Shown here in pieces: positions 9,053 to 18,218 of a DNA stretch of 54,018 nucleotides. The translations under genes were made by a program, and so were the position numbers. The DNA is from Candidatus Acidiferrales bacterium (lineage in GTDB: Bacteria; Acidobacteriota; Terriglobia; Acidiferrales; UBA7541): contig DATFQU010000349.1 in the NCBI GenBank assembly GCA_035264005.1, forward strand, positions 1 to 54,018, read 5' to 3'. Each line of letters opens with the position of its first letter. The first letter of the stretch is position 1. The notes under the pieces are model-generated. The model had not been told where the DNA came from. It did not search any database and saw only the letters and a program-made list of their open reading frames with translations.

Positions 9053-11440
9053 CTAGTGCGCGGTTACAAAGTTGAAGGTGACTTTGCCGGCGGCGGTGTT
9101 TTCGAATTGGTCGAAGACGCGCACAGTAACGGTGTGCTCGCCCGGCTTCACGTCGTGGAGCGCGACGTCATAATTCTCCGAAGGCGAGTCGGTGAGTTCA
9201 CCGACGGGAAATACCGCTTGCCATGGGCCCGCGTCGAGGCTGTAAGAAACGCGCGCGATCGCACTACCTGCATCGCGGGCGGTGAAGCGGACGTGCCATT
9301 CGCCCACATTCTCGGCGCGGATGTTTTCGACAGTGGGCGGCGTGTTATCCACCAGGAAGCGGTCGCTTACCATCTCTGTGGTGAGCGCCTCGTCGTCCGG
9401 CGTGTTCGGAGAAGTGTGGTTCACCATAGATTGGACGCGTTGCAGCTGCGCGGTGAGCTGATCCTGCGCCGCGGGATTGGAAGGCGCGTCTGAGGCGACG
9501 AGCTTCAGATAATACGCGCCGTCGGGCATTGACGTGGTATCCCAGGAGTAGAAGGTTTCGTCAATCTTGTCCTTGAGCAGCTTCCAGTCCTTTTCGCCTT
9601 CGCCGCGATAGTAGAGCGAATAGACGAGTTCGTCGTCGTTGTCGTCGTGCGCGGTCCAAACAACGGTTTGGTAACCCTTGGCAAGAAAACCTTGGGGCGG
9701 GGCGGAGAAGTGCTGACCGCGCTGCTGTGCCTGCGCGAAAACGGCGAACGGTTCTGCCTCTTCGCGCGGGCTGCGCGGTTCATGCAGCGGAACGACCGAT
9801 GGCGTTTGCGGTTGGCCGCCGTTGTTTCCGCCAAAACTTTGGGCGCGAATGCCGGGGTCCTGCACGGCGATGCCGTCAATGACGGGAGCGACGTTCTTGC
9901 GCAAGTATGCGAGTTTTACCCAGGAAAGAGTGGGCTGATTCTGGCTGCCGGAGACATGGAAGACAGCCTTCCATTGCGCGAATCGCGCGGGAGGGCAATC
10001 GACGCTCTTTGCTCCGCTTGCAGTGTACGGGCCGGACCATGGGCTCCAGTAATCGTCGGGCTCTGAAGTGTTGCCGGAGCGAACGTAAAATTCGATTTTG
10101 CCCGCGCCGCCGTTTTCGCCCCACCAAGTGAGGCTGCCCCAGCGGGAGTAAATCTTGGCGTCGAATGGATCGGATTCGAATGTGCCTTCCGAGGCGTAAG
10201 CCGGGCCGAGGGCGAAGATTTTGCCGGGATTTGCGGTTGCCGCGTAGACGGTGCGGTCAGGCCCTGGAATCAGAGCGGTGACTTGCGCGGCATCTGATCC
10301 AGCGAGAGAAGAAAACAGGCGCTGGTCGTCGAGCTGGATGATATCGCCGTGATTTCCGGTGCCGAGCAGCAGGTGATGCTGCGGCGAAAAACCGAGCGCG
10401 TAAACTACATCCTGCGAAGAGGACCAAAGAGATTCAGGCGAGCCGTCGGGAGCGATGCGATAAACCTCGCTGCCTCCTGTTGGGTTCAAGAATGTGGGGA
10501 AGGAGATGGTGTTCGCTGATGCTGCGGCGGCAGCAATTGCCGCGTTGGGTGTCGGCTGCTCGTTTCCTCCGCGAGTTGAGGCGCGGGCGGCCAGCACGGC
10601 GGCTAATTCGTTCGCGTTGACGTTCTGTTGCCCGCCAGGGCGCGGTGCGCGTGGTGTTTTGTTCCCAACGGAGGCGGCGTAGATGCTGCCGTCAGGGTCC
10701 GTGGAAATGGCAGTGACTTCTTTTTTGTCAGTTTCGTAAATGACAAAGGCTTTGCCAGCTTCGGGAATGCCGGCGCGGCGCGAATTTACAGGGACGCGAA
10801 TGATCAGGCCGCTGGGATCCGTGCCAATGAGCAAATTGCCGTGCGAATCGAATGCGAGAGAGCGGGCATGGGTTTCGTCGCTCTTATAAAAAAGCTTTCC
10901 GGTGCCGTCTGGCGCGACGGCGAAGACCTGTCCGGTGTCGCCGGTGGCTACGAATAGAGTGCCTTCGGAATCAAAAACGAGGGCCCAAATGTATTTTGCT
11001 TTGGGATCGAAGAAAACAGTGTGCTTGCCGTCCGAAGTGACTTTGTAGACTTTGCCGTCGGGAGAAGTTCCCACATACAAATTATCTTGCTTGTCGATGG
11101 CGAGGGCTTGAGCTTCGAGTTCGCTCGATTCAAAGACTGTGACGGGCTTCTCGCTGGAATTGACGCGCACGACTTTTGCATCGGAGCCGCCAGCGGCGTA
11201 CAGGCGTCCGTGAGAGTCGATGGCCATAGTCCAGACGTAGGCGAGGGCGGGATCGGCGAAGGCCTTGAATTCGGGAGCGGGCATGAGCGTTCCGTCGCTG
11301 CGAAGTGCGACGCCTTTGTGCGTGCCCTTGTCGAATTCGTCGAAGGTTGACTGCTGCCAGAAGCGAGTGTGCTCGGCGCGGGCCGCGACGGCGCAGAGCA
11401 GCAGGGTTGAGAGAATGCACAGAAATGTAAATCGCCGCAT
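9053..11440 (-). CDS. exported beta-propeller repeat protein with C-terminal Ig-like region (function unknown)
   Basis: Track ORF 9053..11668. I trim to ATG 11440, giving the signal peptide MRRFTFLCILSTLLLCAVAARA. The longer version would overlap the upstream gene. It has repeated blade-like segments (DSHGRLYAAG, DKQDNLYVGT, DSEGTLFVAT, DSHGNLLIGT, DPDGSIYAAS). It lies 32 nt downstream of the S55-like peptidase gene. Confidence 0.6.
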   Translation of the reverse strand: MRRFTFLCILSTLLLCAVAARAEHTRFWQQSTFDEFDKGTHKGVALRSDGTLMPAPEFKAFADPALAYVWTMAIDSHGRLYAAGGSDAKVVRVNSSEKPVTVFESSELEAQALAIDKQDNLYVGTSPDGKVYKVTSDGKHTVFFDPKAKYIWALVFDSEGTLFVATGDTGQVFAVAPDGTGKLFYKSDETHARSLAFDSHGNLLIGTDPSGLIIRVPVNSRRAGIPEAGKAFVIYETDKKEVTAISTDPDGSIYAASVGNKTPRAPRPGGQQNVNANELAAVLAARASTRGGNEQPTPNAAIAAAAASANTISFPTFLNPTGGSEVYRIAPDGSPESLWSSSQDVVYALGFSPQHHLLLGTGNHGDIIQLDDQRLFSSLAGSDAAQVTALIPGPDRTVYAATANPGKIFALGPAYASEGTFESDPFDAKIYSRWGSLTWWGENGGAGKIEFYVRSGNTSEPDDYWSPWSGPYTASGAKSVDCPPARFAQWKAVFHVSGSQNQPTLSWVKLAYLRKNVAPVIDGIAVQDPGIRAQSFGGNNGGQPQTPSVVPLHEPRSPREEAEPFAVFAQAQQRGQHFSAPPQGFLAKGYQTVVWTAHDDNDDELVYSLYYRGEGEKDWKLLKDKIDETFYSWDTTSMPDGAYYLKLVASDAPSNPAAQDQLTAQLQRVQSMVNHTSPNTPDDEALTTEMVSDRFLVDNTPPTVENIRAENVGEWHVRFTARDAGSAIARVSYSLDAGPWQAVFPVGELTDSPSENYDVALHDVKPGEHTVTVRVFDQFENTAAGKVTFNFVTAH

Positions 11441-11472
11441 GGAGTGTCTCGCAATCTTTTTGAAAGTTGGGA

Positions 11473-13269
11473 TCACTTGACCGTGATAGACAAATATTGT
11501 TGGCCTGCAATGACCTGACTCATCGGAACGGAGTGCTCGCCAATTTCGGATTGGTACATCAACTGCGCGCCACCGGGCATGCGATGCTGATCCAGGACGT
11601 TGATTTCCGACGCGGGAACATTTGGAAGCTCCTTGTCTTCGACGAGAAGCGTGGGAGCGTTTTCCCATAGGGTCACGTAAAGCCTGTCGTTCTGGCGTTC
11701 GCGATTGATGATGCGAATCAGTTCGTCCAGCCCTTGCAGCTTCCCTTCGTTCTGGCCGGGGAAAAGCTCGCGCATGCGATTGAGCGCCTCGGCGTCGCTC
11801 ACAAGTACTTGCAGGTTGCCGCGCGCGGCCTGGGCGGGAATGGTGACAGGCACTTCCTGAATGAACGGAGAGCCGCGATACGGATGAAGCAGGACTTTGA
11901 TGTTGATGGTTTGTCCTGGATGGACTTCGCTGCTATCGGCCCATGCGCCATCGATGGCGGACCAGCGGCTTTGGGGCAAGCTGTTTATGTTGACGGTCAC
12001 GTTCTGGACCTTGGGAATTTCGTAGGGGTTCGTGTAGATGCGCGCGAAAGCGGACTCGATGGCGACAGCGGGCGCATAGCCGTCGGGAACCGGAGTGTTC
12101 GACGGGACGAACATGCCGCGCAGGTCCACAGAAGGATGTCCGGCGATGTCAATTTTGCCGTCGAGTTGAAGTGTCGTGCCGTCAGTGAACGCAGTGTTGG
12201 TGACAAGACCGTTGTAGGCTGCAACGGCCACGAGCAAAGGTGTGAGCTTCGGGTCCTCGACAACATTGAAATGAAAATGGCGCTGCTCGGTTGCCGTGGT
12301 GACGTTCACAGTTACAGGCAGCATTTTCGGGCCGGAGCCTAGCTGTCCCACAACACCGGTGACGGTGTCTTGCGTGAAGGTTCCAATCACGCCGCCGGTG
12401 TTCATGATTTTTGTGGATTCCAGATCGGAGGCCAGCGTGGTGACAACGTATGCGCGAGTCATGGGTATCGAGACGGAGCCAAAACCGTTGAATGGATGGC
12501 CGCATACAAACACGCGCCCCTTAATGATGGCCGTTACGGTGCAGCCGGCGTATGCCGACATATCTCCGGAGACAAGCTGCATGCCGACCATGTCGCCGGG
12601 TTTGAGTTGCGCGTCTTCAGAGCTGGGCGGCACGGTTCCGCCTGCCATCGCGGAGAGGCCATAGGCTTGCAAGTCTGAAGAAAAACGCGACAGCGTTTGC
12701 GGAAAAACGCCCGACAAAACGAGAGGAGTCTCGATCGGAACGAGGAATTGATTGCCGCCGAGCGCGACCTTCTGTGGCAAGTTGAACGACGCGTTTCCGG
12801 CGGCTGTTGGCATGGCGCCGGGGAGGGAATTACTGGCCTCGACGACGGGCTCCATCGCTTTTTGAATGTCGAGCATGCTCTGGATCGGAGTGACGCCTGC
12901 GATGGCGTCTTTTGTAAAGGTGCCGATCTTGAGGGAGATTGCCCCGGCAAGTTTGCCATCGAAATAGACCGGGCTGCCGCTCATGCCGGCAACGACACCG
13001 GTTTTAGCAACATCGGCACCGGAGAGTTCAACGAGGATGATGTCTTGCTTCGGGCCCATCGCGTTGTCGAGGACTCCGAGGACGGTGACCTGCATCTGCT
13101 GGATCTGGTCGCCGCTGAAAATCGTATAGGCGACGCCTTTCATGCCGGGACGGACGTCGCTGAGCGGGAAAATTTCGGGATTGTCGGCGGCTTTGACGGG
13201 CAAGGCGAAGAACAGAGTCAGAGCCGCTATGAACAGAAGGCTGGATCGAAGACGCATAAGACTTTTCAT
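11473..13269 (-). CDS. exported serine peptidase-like protein, SpoIVB/S55-like
   Basis: ATG 13269 or 13257 gives the signal peptide MKSLMRLRSSLLFIAALTLFFALPVKA. The segment GMKGVAYTIFSGDQIQQMQVTVLGVL...TGVVAGMSGSPVYFDGKLAGAI matches my recollection of the SpoIVB Ser-378 region ([22 protein letters not shown]). GMSGSP is encoded at 12970..12987. Confidence 0.6.
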   Translation of the reverse strand: MKSLMRLRSSLLFIAALTLFFALPVKAADNPEIFPLSDVRPGMKGVAYTIFSGDQIQQMQVTVLGVLDNAMGPKQDIILVELSGADVAKTGVVAGMSGSPVYFDGKLAGAISLKIGTFTKDAIAGVTPIQSMLDIQKAMEPVVEASNSLPGAMPTAAGNASFNLPQKVALGGNQFLVPIETPLVLSGVFPQTLSRFSSDLQAYGLSAMAGGTVPPSSEDAQLKPGDMVGMQLVSGDMSAYAGCTVTAIIKGRVFVCGHPFNGFGSVSIPMTRAYVVTTLASDLESTKIMNTGGVIGTFTQDTVTGVVGQLGSGPKMLPVTVNVTTATEQRHFHFNVVEDPKLTPLLVAVAAYNGLVTNTAFTDGTTLQLDGKIDIAGHPSVDLRGMFVPSNTPVPDGYAPAVAIESAFARIYTNPYEIPKVQNVTVNINSLPQSRWSAIDGAWADSSEVHPGQTINIKVLLHPYRGSPFIQEVPVTIPAQAARGNLQVLVSDAEALNRMRELFPGQNEGKLQGLDELIRIINRERQNDRLYVTLWENAPTLLVEDKELPNVPASEINVLDQHRMPGGAQLMYQSEIGEHSVPMSQVIAGQQYLSITVK

Positions 13270-13424
13270 ATTAACCTGCACAATTGCGCGGCGCAATGCC
13301 CGTTACGCCGCCTTGATTCCAAGGCAACGACTGGCTTGCACGATAACGCCTGGCGGGGGCGTATCTATTTGACACCGAAGCGGGGTGCAAGGTTGTTTCC
13401 GGCGGGCGTGCTAAGATTTTAGTC

Positions 13425-14717
13425 ATGGCAAAAAAGCGCATCCAGCCGGCACAGGCTTTTCGGGGCGTTTTGACGTTGCCGGGCGACAAGTCAATCTCGC
13501 ACCGGAGCGCCATTTTGGCTGCGTTGGCCGAAGGAAAGAGCGAGATTTTCAATTATTCGCCTGCTGCGGACTGCGAAAGCACGCTGCGATGCCTGCGAGG
13601 GCTTGGAGTAAGCATCGAGGAGAAGGGGAGCAGCGTCATCGTCGAAGGCAAGGGCCTGGCGGGCTGGGCGAAGCCGCGCAAGGTGCTCGATGCAGGGAAT
13701 AGCGGGACGACGATGCGGCTGCTAGCGGGCGCACTTGCAGGGCAGAAATTCGCGTCGGAGCTGACGGGAGATAGTTCGCTGCGACGGCGGCCGATGCGGC
13801 GCGTCATGGAGCCGCTGAGGCAAATGGGCGCGAAGATCGAAGCGCGCGAGGACGAGTTCGCGCCGCTGAAACTCGAAGGCGGCGTGCTCCGGGGCATTGA
13901 ATACGCGCCGAAGGTCGCGAGCGCGCAGGTGAAGTCGGCAGTGTTGCTGGCAGGACTGTTCGCGGAGGGCGAAACAGTTGTGCGTGAGCCTGTGCACACG
14001 CGGGACCACACGGAACTGGCGCTACGCGAAATGGGCGCGGCAATCACGCGAAAAGACGGCGCAGTGCGGCTCGAAGGCAGACCAAAACTCAAGGCGCGGC
14101 AAGTGATTGTACCGGGCGATCTTTCTGCGGCAACGTTCTTTATGGCGGCGACGCTTATCGTGCCGGACTCAGAGCTGATTCTCCAAGGCGTGGGGCTCAA
14201 CCCAACACGCACGGCGGTGCTTGATTTTCTGGCGTCGATGGGGGCTCCGGTGTCTGTGGTTGCGCTAGGGACGCGCGATGGCGAACTGGCGGGCGACATT
14301 AACGTGCACCATGCTGCGATCAAAGGCGGGAAAATTTCAGGCTCACTGACGGCGCGGCTGATCGACGAGCTGCCTATGCTGGCCGCACTCGGACCGTATA
14401 CAGAAGAGGGGATTGAGATTCGGGACGCCAAGGAATTGCGCGTGAAAGAGAGCGACCGCATCGCGACGATGGCGGAGAATCTTCGCAAGATGGGAGCTGA
14501 AGTTGAAGAGTTTCCTGACGGGTTGCGCGTCGGCGGGCGCAGTGCAGGGCGGCTTCACGGCGCCACGATTGATCCGCACGAAGATCATCGCATCGCCATG
14601 GCGTTCGCGATCGCCGCGCTGGGGGCGGAAGGAGAGACGATCATCCGCGATCCGCACTGCGTAGCGATTTCGTTCCCGAATTTCTTCGAGCTTCTGGAAA
14701 GCCTGCTGAAACCGTAG
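13425..14717 (+). CDS. aroA: 3-phosphoshikimate 1-carboxyvinyltransferase (EPSP synthase), class II type
   Basis: 430 aa. It has LPGDKSISHRSAILAALAEG, GNSGTTMRLL, RRRPMRRV, SAQVKSAVLLAGL, RDHTE and NPTR. It is full length with a canonical domain order. Confidence 0.97.
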   Translation: MAKKRIQPAQAFRGVLTLPGDKSISHRSAILAALAEGKSEIFNYSPAADCESTLRCLRGLGVSIEEKGSSVIVEGKGLAGWAKPRKVLDAGNSGTTMRLLAGALAGQKFASELTGDSSLRRRPMRRVMEPLRQMGAKIEAREDEFAPLKLEGGVLRGIEYAPKVASAQVKSAVLLAGLFAEGETVVREPVHTRDHTELALREMGAAITRKDGAVRLEGRPKLKARQVIVPGDLSAATFFMAATLIVPDSELILQGVGLNPTRTAVLDFLASMGAPVSVVALGTRDGELAGDINVHHAAIKGGKISGSLTARLIDELPMLAALGPYTEEGIEIRDAKELRVKESDRIATMAENLRKMGAEVEEFPDGLRVGGRSAGRLHGATIDPHEDHRIAMAFAIAALGAEGETIIRDPHCVAISFPNFFELLESLLKP

Positions 14718-14764
14718 AGGGAAGAGTAAGCCAGCTTGGGTGACTGGGCTTCGACTCCGTTCCT

Positions 14765-15064
14765 TCACTCGAAGAGTTCGTAGTGCGTCACCGTAGGCTC
14801 GAATTCCAGCAGATACTTCTTGTCCTCCGGGTAGTACTTGGCGGTTTCGACGTCCGCACCGGCAAAGGCCGTAATTGCGTTGCGTGATTCCCAAAAACTG
14901 AGCGTGAGGAAGTGTGCTGTGTCGCCGTCGATCTTACGCAGAACCCACGCCCCTTTATTGCCCGGCGTTGTTCGGTAGGCGGGAATCCCGGACTCGAACA
15001 GATACTCAAGATATGCGTCTGCATTGCTCGCTTTTGTTTTACCGCGCCAGATTCTGGCGATCAT
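14765..15064 (-). CDS. antibiotic-biosynthesis-monooxygenase (ABM/Dabb)-like small protein
   Basis: 99 aa: MIARIWRGKT...FLTLSFWESRNAITAFAGADVETAKYYPEDKKYLLEFEPTVTHYE. This is the typical ferredoxin-like ABM pattern and size. Confidence 0.55.
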   Translation of the reverse strand: MIARIWRGKTKASNADAYLEYLFESGIPAYRTTPGNKGAWVLRKIDGDTAHFLTLSFWESRNAITAFAGADVETAKYYPEDKKYLLEFEPTVTHYELFE

Positions 15065-15188
15065 TTGACCTCCGTGTGTGGCTCAGAAAACATCGAATAT
15101 TGAGCCAACTGTGCACGTCGCAAGTGATGCGCCGAGCATGGCATCGGATTCCGATGTCCAAGTGGCCCGCTCGCTCGGCTGCGGGTTC

Positions 15189-16556
15189 TTATTCCGCGCG
15201 GTGGATGGAGATGGTTCCGTAGCTGGTGCTCAGAGTGATGTGTGGGCCCTGATTTCCGTAGGTGCCGTTCAGAATTGTCGTCTCGCCCGAAGTGGAAGAT
15301 TTCAAGCCGGAAGCTTCAAAGCCATTCTGGATGTCGCCGTTGCGCGAGATTGCGGAGATCGTGAAATTGGAGTGGGCCGGCAGAGTGATGTCGATGTTGC
15401 CGGAATCGTCCGCGATGCGAACGTCGTCGCGCGGCGCCTGAGCAAAGTGCAGGCTGATTTCACCGCGTTTGTCGGTCAAATCGATCCGGCCGCCAATGTT
15501 GTCGAGGGTGACATCTTTGTTCGCGGTAGTAAGCGTCAAGCTGCCGTTGACATCAGAGACGCTCAAGTCGCCAGGGTCCATTTCCATTTGGCCGGAGAGA
15601 CCGCTGATCGTCAGATTGCTGCGCGAAGAAGTGTAGCGAGTGGTTTTTTGAACGCCGCGCGCGCGAATGGGCCCGTAAAAATCGCCTTCAATCGTTGCGT
15701 CGCCACTCACATTGGACAAGTCGACTTCGCCGCCGTGGCCGTCGAGGCGCACGTTTCCTTTTACCGCATCCATGTGCGTGTCGCCGTGATTCATCGTGGC
15801 GGTAACGTCGCCAGTGACGTCGTGCAAATCCAAGTCACCGCTTTGCGAGGTTATCGTGACCGGCCCGCTCATGCCGGCGAGCTTGATGTCACCGTGCGTG
15901 GTCTGCGCCGTGATATTCGATTTGGCCGGCAAGCGAATGTCGAGATCGGTCTGAACGTCCGAATCTTCGACATGCGCACCGCCCGTCTCGGGCTCGATGT
16001 CGAAGCCGCCGCCTGTGGGCGTGATTTTCACCTGAATGTTGTCCGCGCTCTTTCGAGCATCATCTTCGGAATCTGCATGGGCGGTTTTGTCGATGCTGAC
16101 GTGAAGCTGAGAGTCGTTCGTGGGGTTGATGGTGATGTCGCCGCGATTGGTCGTGATCGATATTGGCGCGTTTGGTTTTGCAGAGACGGCGGGCAAATCG
16201 GTCTTCCATGAATAGGGATGGTTGAACATGTCACCCATGTCGAAATTGAAGTCGGAGTTGTGCCGATGCGCCCAGTCGAGCCCGGCAAGGCCGGCCACGA
16301 CAACGAGCAGGACGACAATCAGCGCGACTTCGCTTCCCGCGACGACGGGCGCGTGCGTGCCTCCCAACCGTGGCGTAAAAAGGTAATCAATCAGCAGGGC
16401 AACGCCCCAGAGGACAAGCAGCAGCGGCCAATACCTTTCGAATATCGGCCCGATGCCGATTTCCGGGTGGAACTGATGCAGCAAGAGAAGAATGCCGATC
16501 AGGATTAAGATCAACCCACCGAAGATCGAGCGCCGATGGTGGTAGTAGTAGGCCAT
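15189..16556 (-). CDS. membrane-anchored DUF4097-type (putative adhesin) beta-strand repeat protein
   Basis: I prefer ATG 16556 (MAYYYHHRRSIFGG...), which overlaps the upstream stop by 1 nt (TAATG). It has an N-terminal 2-TM hairpin. After that there are many G(D/N)hxh repeats (GDITI, GDIKL, GDLDL, GNVRL, GEVDL, GDATI, GEISL, GNIDI, GDIQN) typical of DUF4097. Confidence 0.7.
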   Translation of the reverse strand: MAYYYHHRRSIFGGLILILIGILLLLHQFHPEIGIGPIFERYWPLLLVLWGVALLIDYLFTPRLGGTHAPVVAGSEVALIVVLLVVVAGLAGLDWAHRHNSDFNFDMGDMFNHPYSWKTDLPAVSAKPNAPISITTNRGDITINPTNDSQLHVSIDKTAHADSEDDARKSADNIQVKITPTGGGFDIEPETGGAHVEDSDVQTDLDIRLPAKSNITAQTTHGDIKLAGMSGPVTITSQSGDLDLHDVTGDVTATMNHGDTHMDAVKGNVRLDGHGGEVDLSNVSGDATIEGDFYGPIRARGVQKTTRYTSSRSNLTISGLSGQMEMDPGDLSVSDVNGSLTLTTANKDVTLDNIGGRIDLTDKRGEISLHFAQAPRDDVRIADDSGNIDITLPAHSNFTISAISRNGDIQNGFEASGLKSSTSGETTILNGTYGNQGPHITLSTSYGTISIHRAE

Positions 16557-16846
16557 TAAGCTACCGGTGGCGGCGGAGCTACGGGAGGCGGCGGTGGCGG
16601 TGGCTGGCCTGGCGGCGTTGTTTGCCATGCGGTTCTTGCATCAATGTGGCCTTCGGTCGAAGCGGTGTCTCCGACGAGCTTCACCACGCCGATGACGATG
16701 AGAATTACCGGCCAAGTTTCGCCGAACGAATACCGCCAGCTGTATTGCCCGATGAAAAACAGCACACCAACCGTGATGAGTATCGCCGGCCCCATCAGGC
16801 CGCGCGTCCGGCAGTAGGCACAGCCGCAATTTCGCCAACGTCCCAT
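16556..16846 (-). CDS. small 2-TM membrane protein (LiaF/DUF5668-like hairpin) with polyproline C-terminus
   Basis: ATG 16846 is preceded by aggagg. The protein reads MGRWRNCGCAYCRTRGLMGPAILITVGVLFFIGQYSWRYSFGETWPVILIVIGVVKLV...PPGQPPPPPPPVAPPPPVA. Confidence 0.55.
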   Translation of the reverse strand: MGRWRNCGCAYCRTRGLMGPAILITVGVLFFIGQYSWRYSFGETWPVILIVIGVVKLVGDTASTEGHIDARTAWQTTPPGQPPPPPPPVAPPPPVA

Positions 16847-16856
16847 TTCATTCCTC

Positions 16857-17564
16857 CTAAGAAGTGGCCCGGCGCTTGACAAGCAGGGCTACGCCGACTG
16901 CGACGAGAATCAGCGGCCAGAGATTCCCGATCCAACGCGAATCGAGCACGCCCGTCGTCGCGAGCAGGCAAAGGATGCCCACGACGATCAAAATGAGTGC
17001 CCCAGTGTAATTGCGCGTCGCCGTTGGAGCGCCCCCCGCTGGAACTCCCTCTGCCGTCACCGGAGGCGCGGTTTCGCCAAAGAAACCTGTGACGGGAACG
17101 CCAAGGCGTTTTGCGCGCGCGGTGCGGTATGCCTCAATGGGCATGTAACAACAAAAGACGCCCAAAAAGACGCCGAGCAGGGCTTGAAGACCTTCCGGGG
17201 TCGAGTTACTGCTCAGGATGGCGATGATCCCGCCGAAAATGATGACGTGAATCAGTCCCTTGATGTACTCGCCGTTGTAGACTGCTCCAAGCCCAGGAAT
17301 GAAACCCAGCGCGCAGGCTGTGCCAGGATTCGGGCCGTGCTGCGCAATGGCCGGCGCGTAAACGTATCCGGGAGGCGCGATCGGCGTCACGGGCGTGGTG
17401 GCAAACTGAGCTGCGGTTCCCTGCGGCGGCGCCATCATGCTGGCGAGGCACTGTTCGCAATACAGGGCGCCACGGACTTCGCGAGCGCATTGCGGGCAAA
17501 GGGGCTTACCGCAGTTGCGACAATAGCCGGTGGCGTCAACATCGGTGTGAACAGCGCATTTCAT
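16857..17564 (-). CDS. B-box zinc-finger membrane protein
   Basis: The N-terminus MKCAVHTDVDATGYCRNCGKPLCPQCAREVRGALYCEQCL is a Cys/His B-box-type zinc ribbon. It is followed by several TM helices and a C-terminal LiaF-like hairpin. The start overlaps the anti-sigma stop (ATGA at 17561..17564). Confidence 0.7.
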   Translation of the reverse strand: MKCAVHTDVDATGYCRNCGKPLCPQCAREVRGALYCEQCLASMMAPPQGTAAQFATTPVTPIAPPGYVYAPAIAQHGPNPGTACALGFIPGLGAVYNGEYIKGLIHVIIFGGIIAILSSNSTPEGLQALLGVFLGVFCCYMPIEAYRTARAKRLGVPVTGFFGETAPPVTAEGVPAGGAPTATRNYTGALILIVVGILCLLATTGVLDSRWIGNLWPLILVAVGVALLVKRRATS

Positions 17565-18202
17565 GGATTGCTCCTGTCCAGCGCGGTCGCAAAAAACGAA
17601 GCAGCGACGGAATAGCGGTCGGTGCCAAAGCTACGCTGCGATTGGCGCGGGGGCTTGGGTTGCTGTTGAGATGGCGTTTCGGAAGGCGCCTGCTGGTTCG
17701 GCGGATTGGCGCCCGGCTGCAAACGGGATTGAATCTCGTAGACGACGCGCAGGTCGTTCACAAACTTTACGCTGCGCGCAAAGGCAAGGTGCGCATGGCG
17801 GTCCGCGGAATGGATGATGTTCACGGGATTGAAGTCTGCCGCAGTGAGTTGCGACGGCTTCACGCCAGCTGCGTGAAAGATGATCAGCAGAGTCGCCAGC
17901 ACGGTGACTGCACCGGTTGCAAAGCGAGGGTTCCATATAATCGGAATCCAGCTGAACCATTGCCGCTTGGCTTTGCGCGGGGCGATCGTCTGGTCGAGGA
18001 TTCTCGACACAAGCATCGGCGGAGCTGGCTCAAGCTCCAGTCCGCGAAGGCTCTCGGTGATGTGGCTGACCTGCGCGAGCAAGGGAGCGCAATGCGCACA
18101 GGAGTCGACGTGGGCGCGAAACTCGAGGCGCTCCGCTTCGGTGAGCGCGTTATCGAGATAGTCGCTCAGCCGCTCTTCGACTTGGACGCAGCTCCAGCTC
18201 AT
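17561..18202 (-). CDS. anti-sigma factor (zf-HC2 type), single-pass membrane protein
   Basis: MSWSCVQVEERLSDYLDNALTEAERLEFRAHVDSCAHCAPLL carries the H-x3-C-x2-C anti-sigma zinc motif. It has a central TM helix (AVTVLATLLIIF). It lies 16 nt downstream of the ECF sigma gene. Confidence 0.8.
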   Translation of the reverse strand: MSWSCVQVEERLSDYLDNALTEAERLEFRAHVDSCAHCAPLLAQVSHITESLRGLELEPAPPMLVSRILDQTIAPRKAKRQWFSWIPIIWNPRFATGAVTVLATLLIIFHAAGVKPSQLTAADFNPVNIIHSADRHAHLAFARSVKFVNDLRVVYEIQSRLQPGANPPNQQAPSETPSQQQPKPPRQSQRSFGTDRYSVAASFFATALDRSNP

Positions 18203-18218
18203 TTGCCAGCCTTGTTGG

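Noticed and set aside
9053-11668. Long form (871 aa) of the propeller protein overlapping the end of the upstream peptidase gene
   Set aside because: The extra 76 N-terminal residues are Arg/Ser-rich and overlap the upstream CDS. ATG 11440 yields a canonical signal peptide and a 32-nt intergenic gap.
13283-13297. 15-bp palindrome ATTGCGC-G-GCGCAAT in the divergent region between the S55-like operon and aroA
   Set aside because: It is short, GC-rich and single copy. It has no clear relation to promoter elements and could arise by chance in this composition.
13553-14488. 311-aa ORF on the minus strand
   Set aside because: It is antisense to aroA. Its Ser/Ala/Arg/Pro-rich product has no motifs.
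15078-16211. 377-aa ORF on the plus strand
   Set aside because: It lies entirely antisense to the DUF4097 repeat gene. Its Ala/Arg/Val/Gly-rich product has no recognisable motifs. The minus-strand frame has clear family features and operon coupling. This is a typical shadow ORF in GC-rich DNA.
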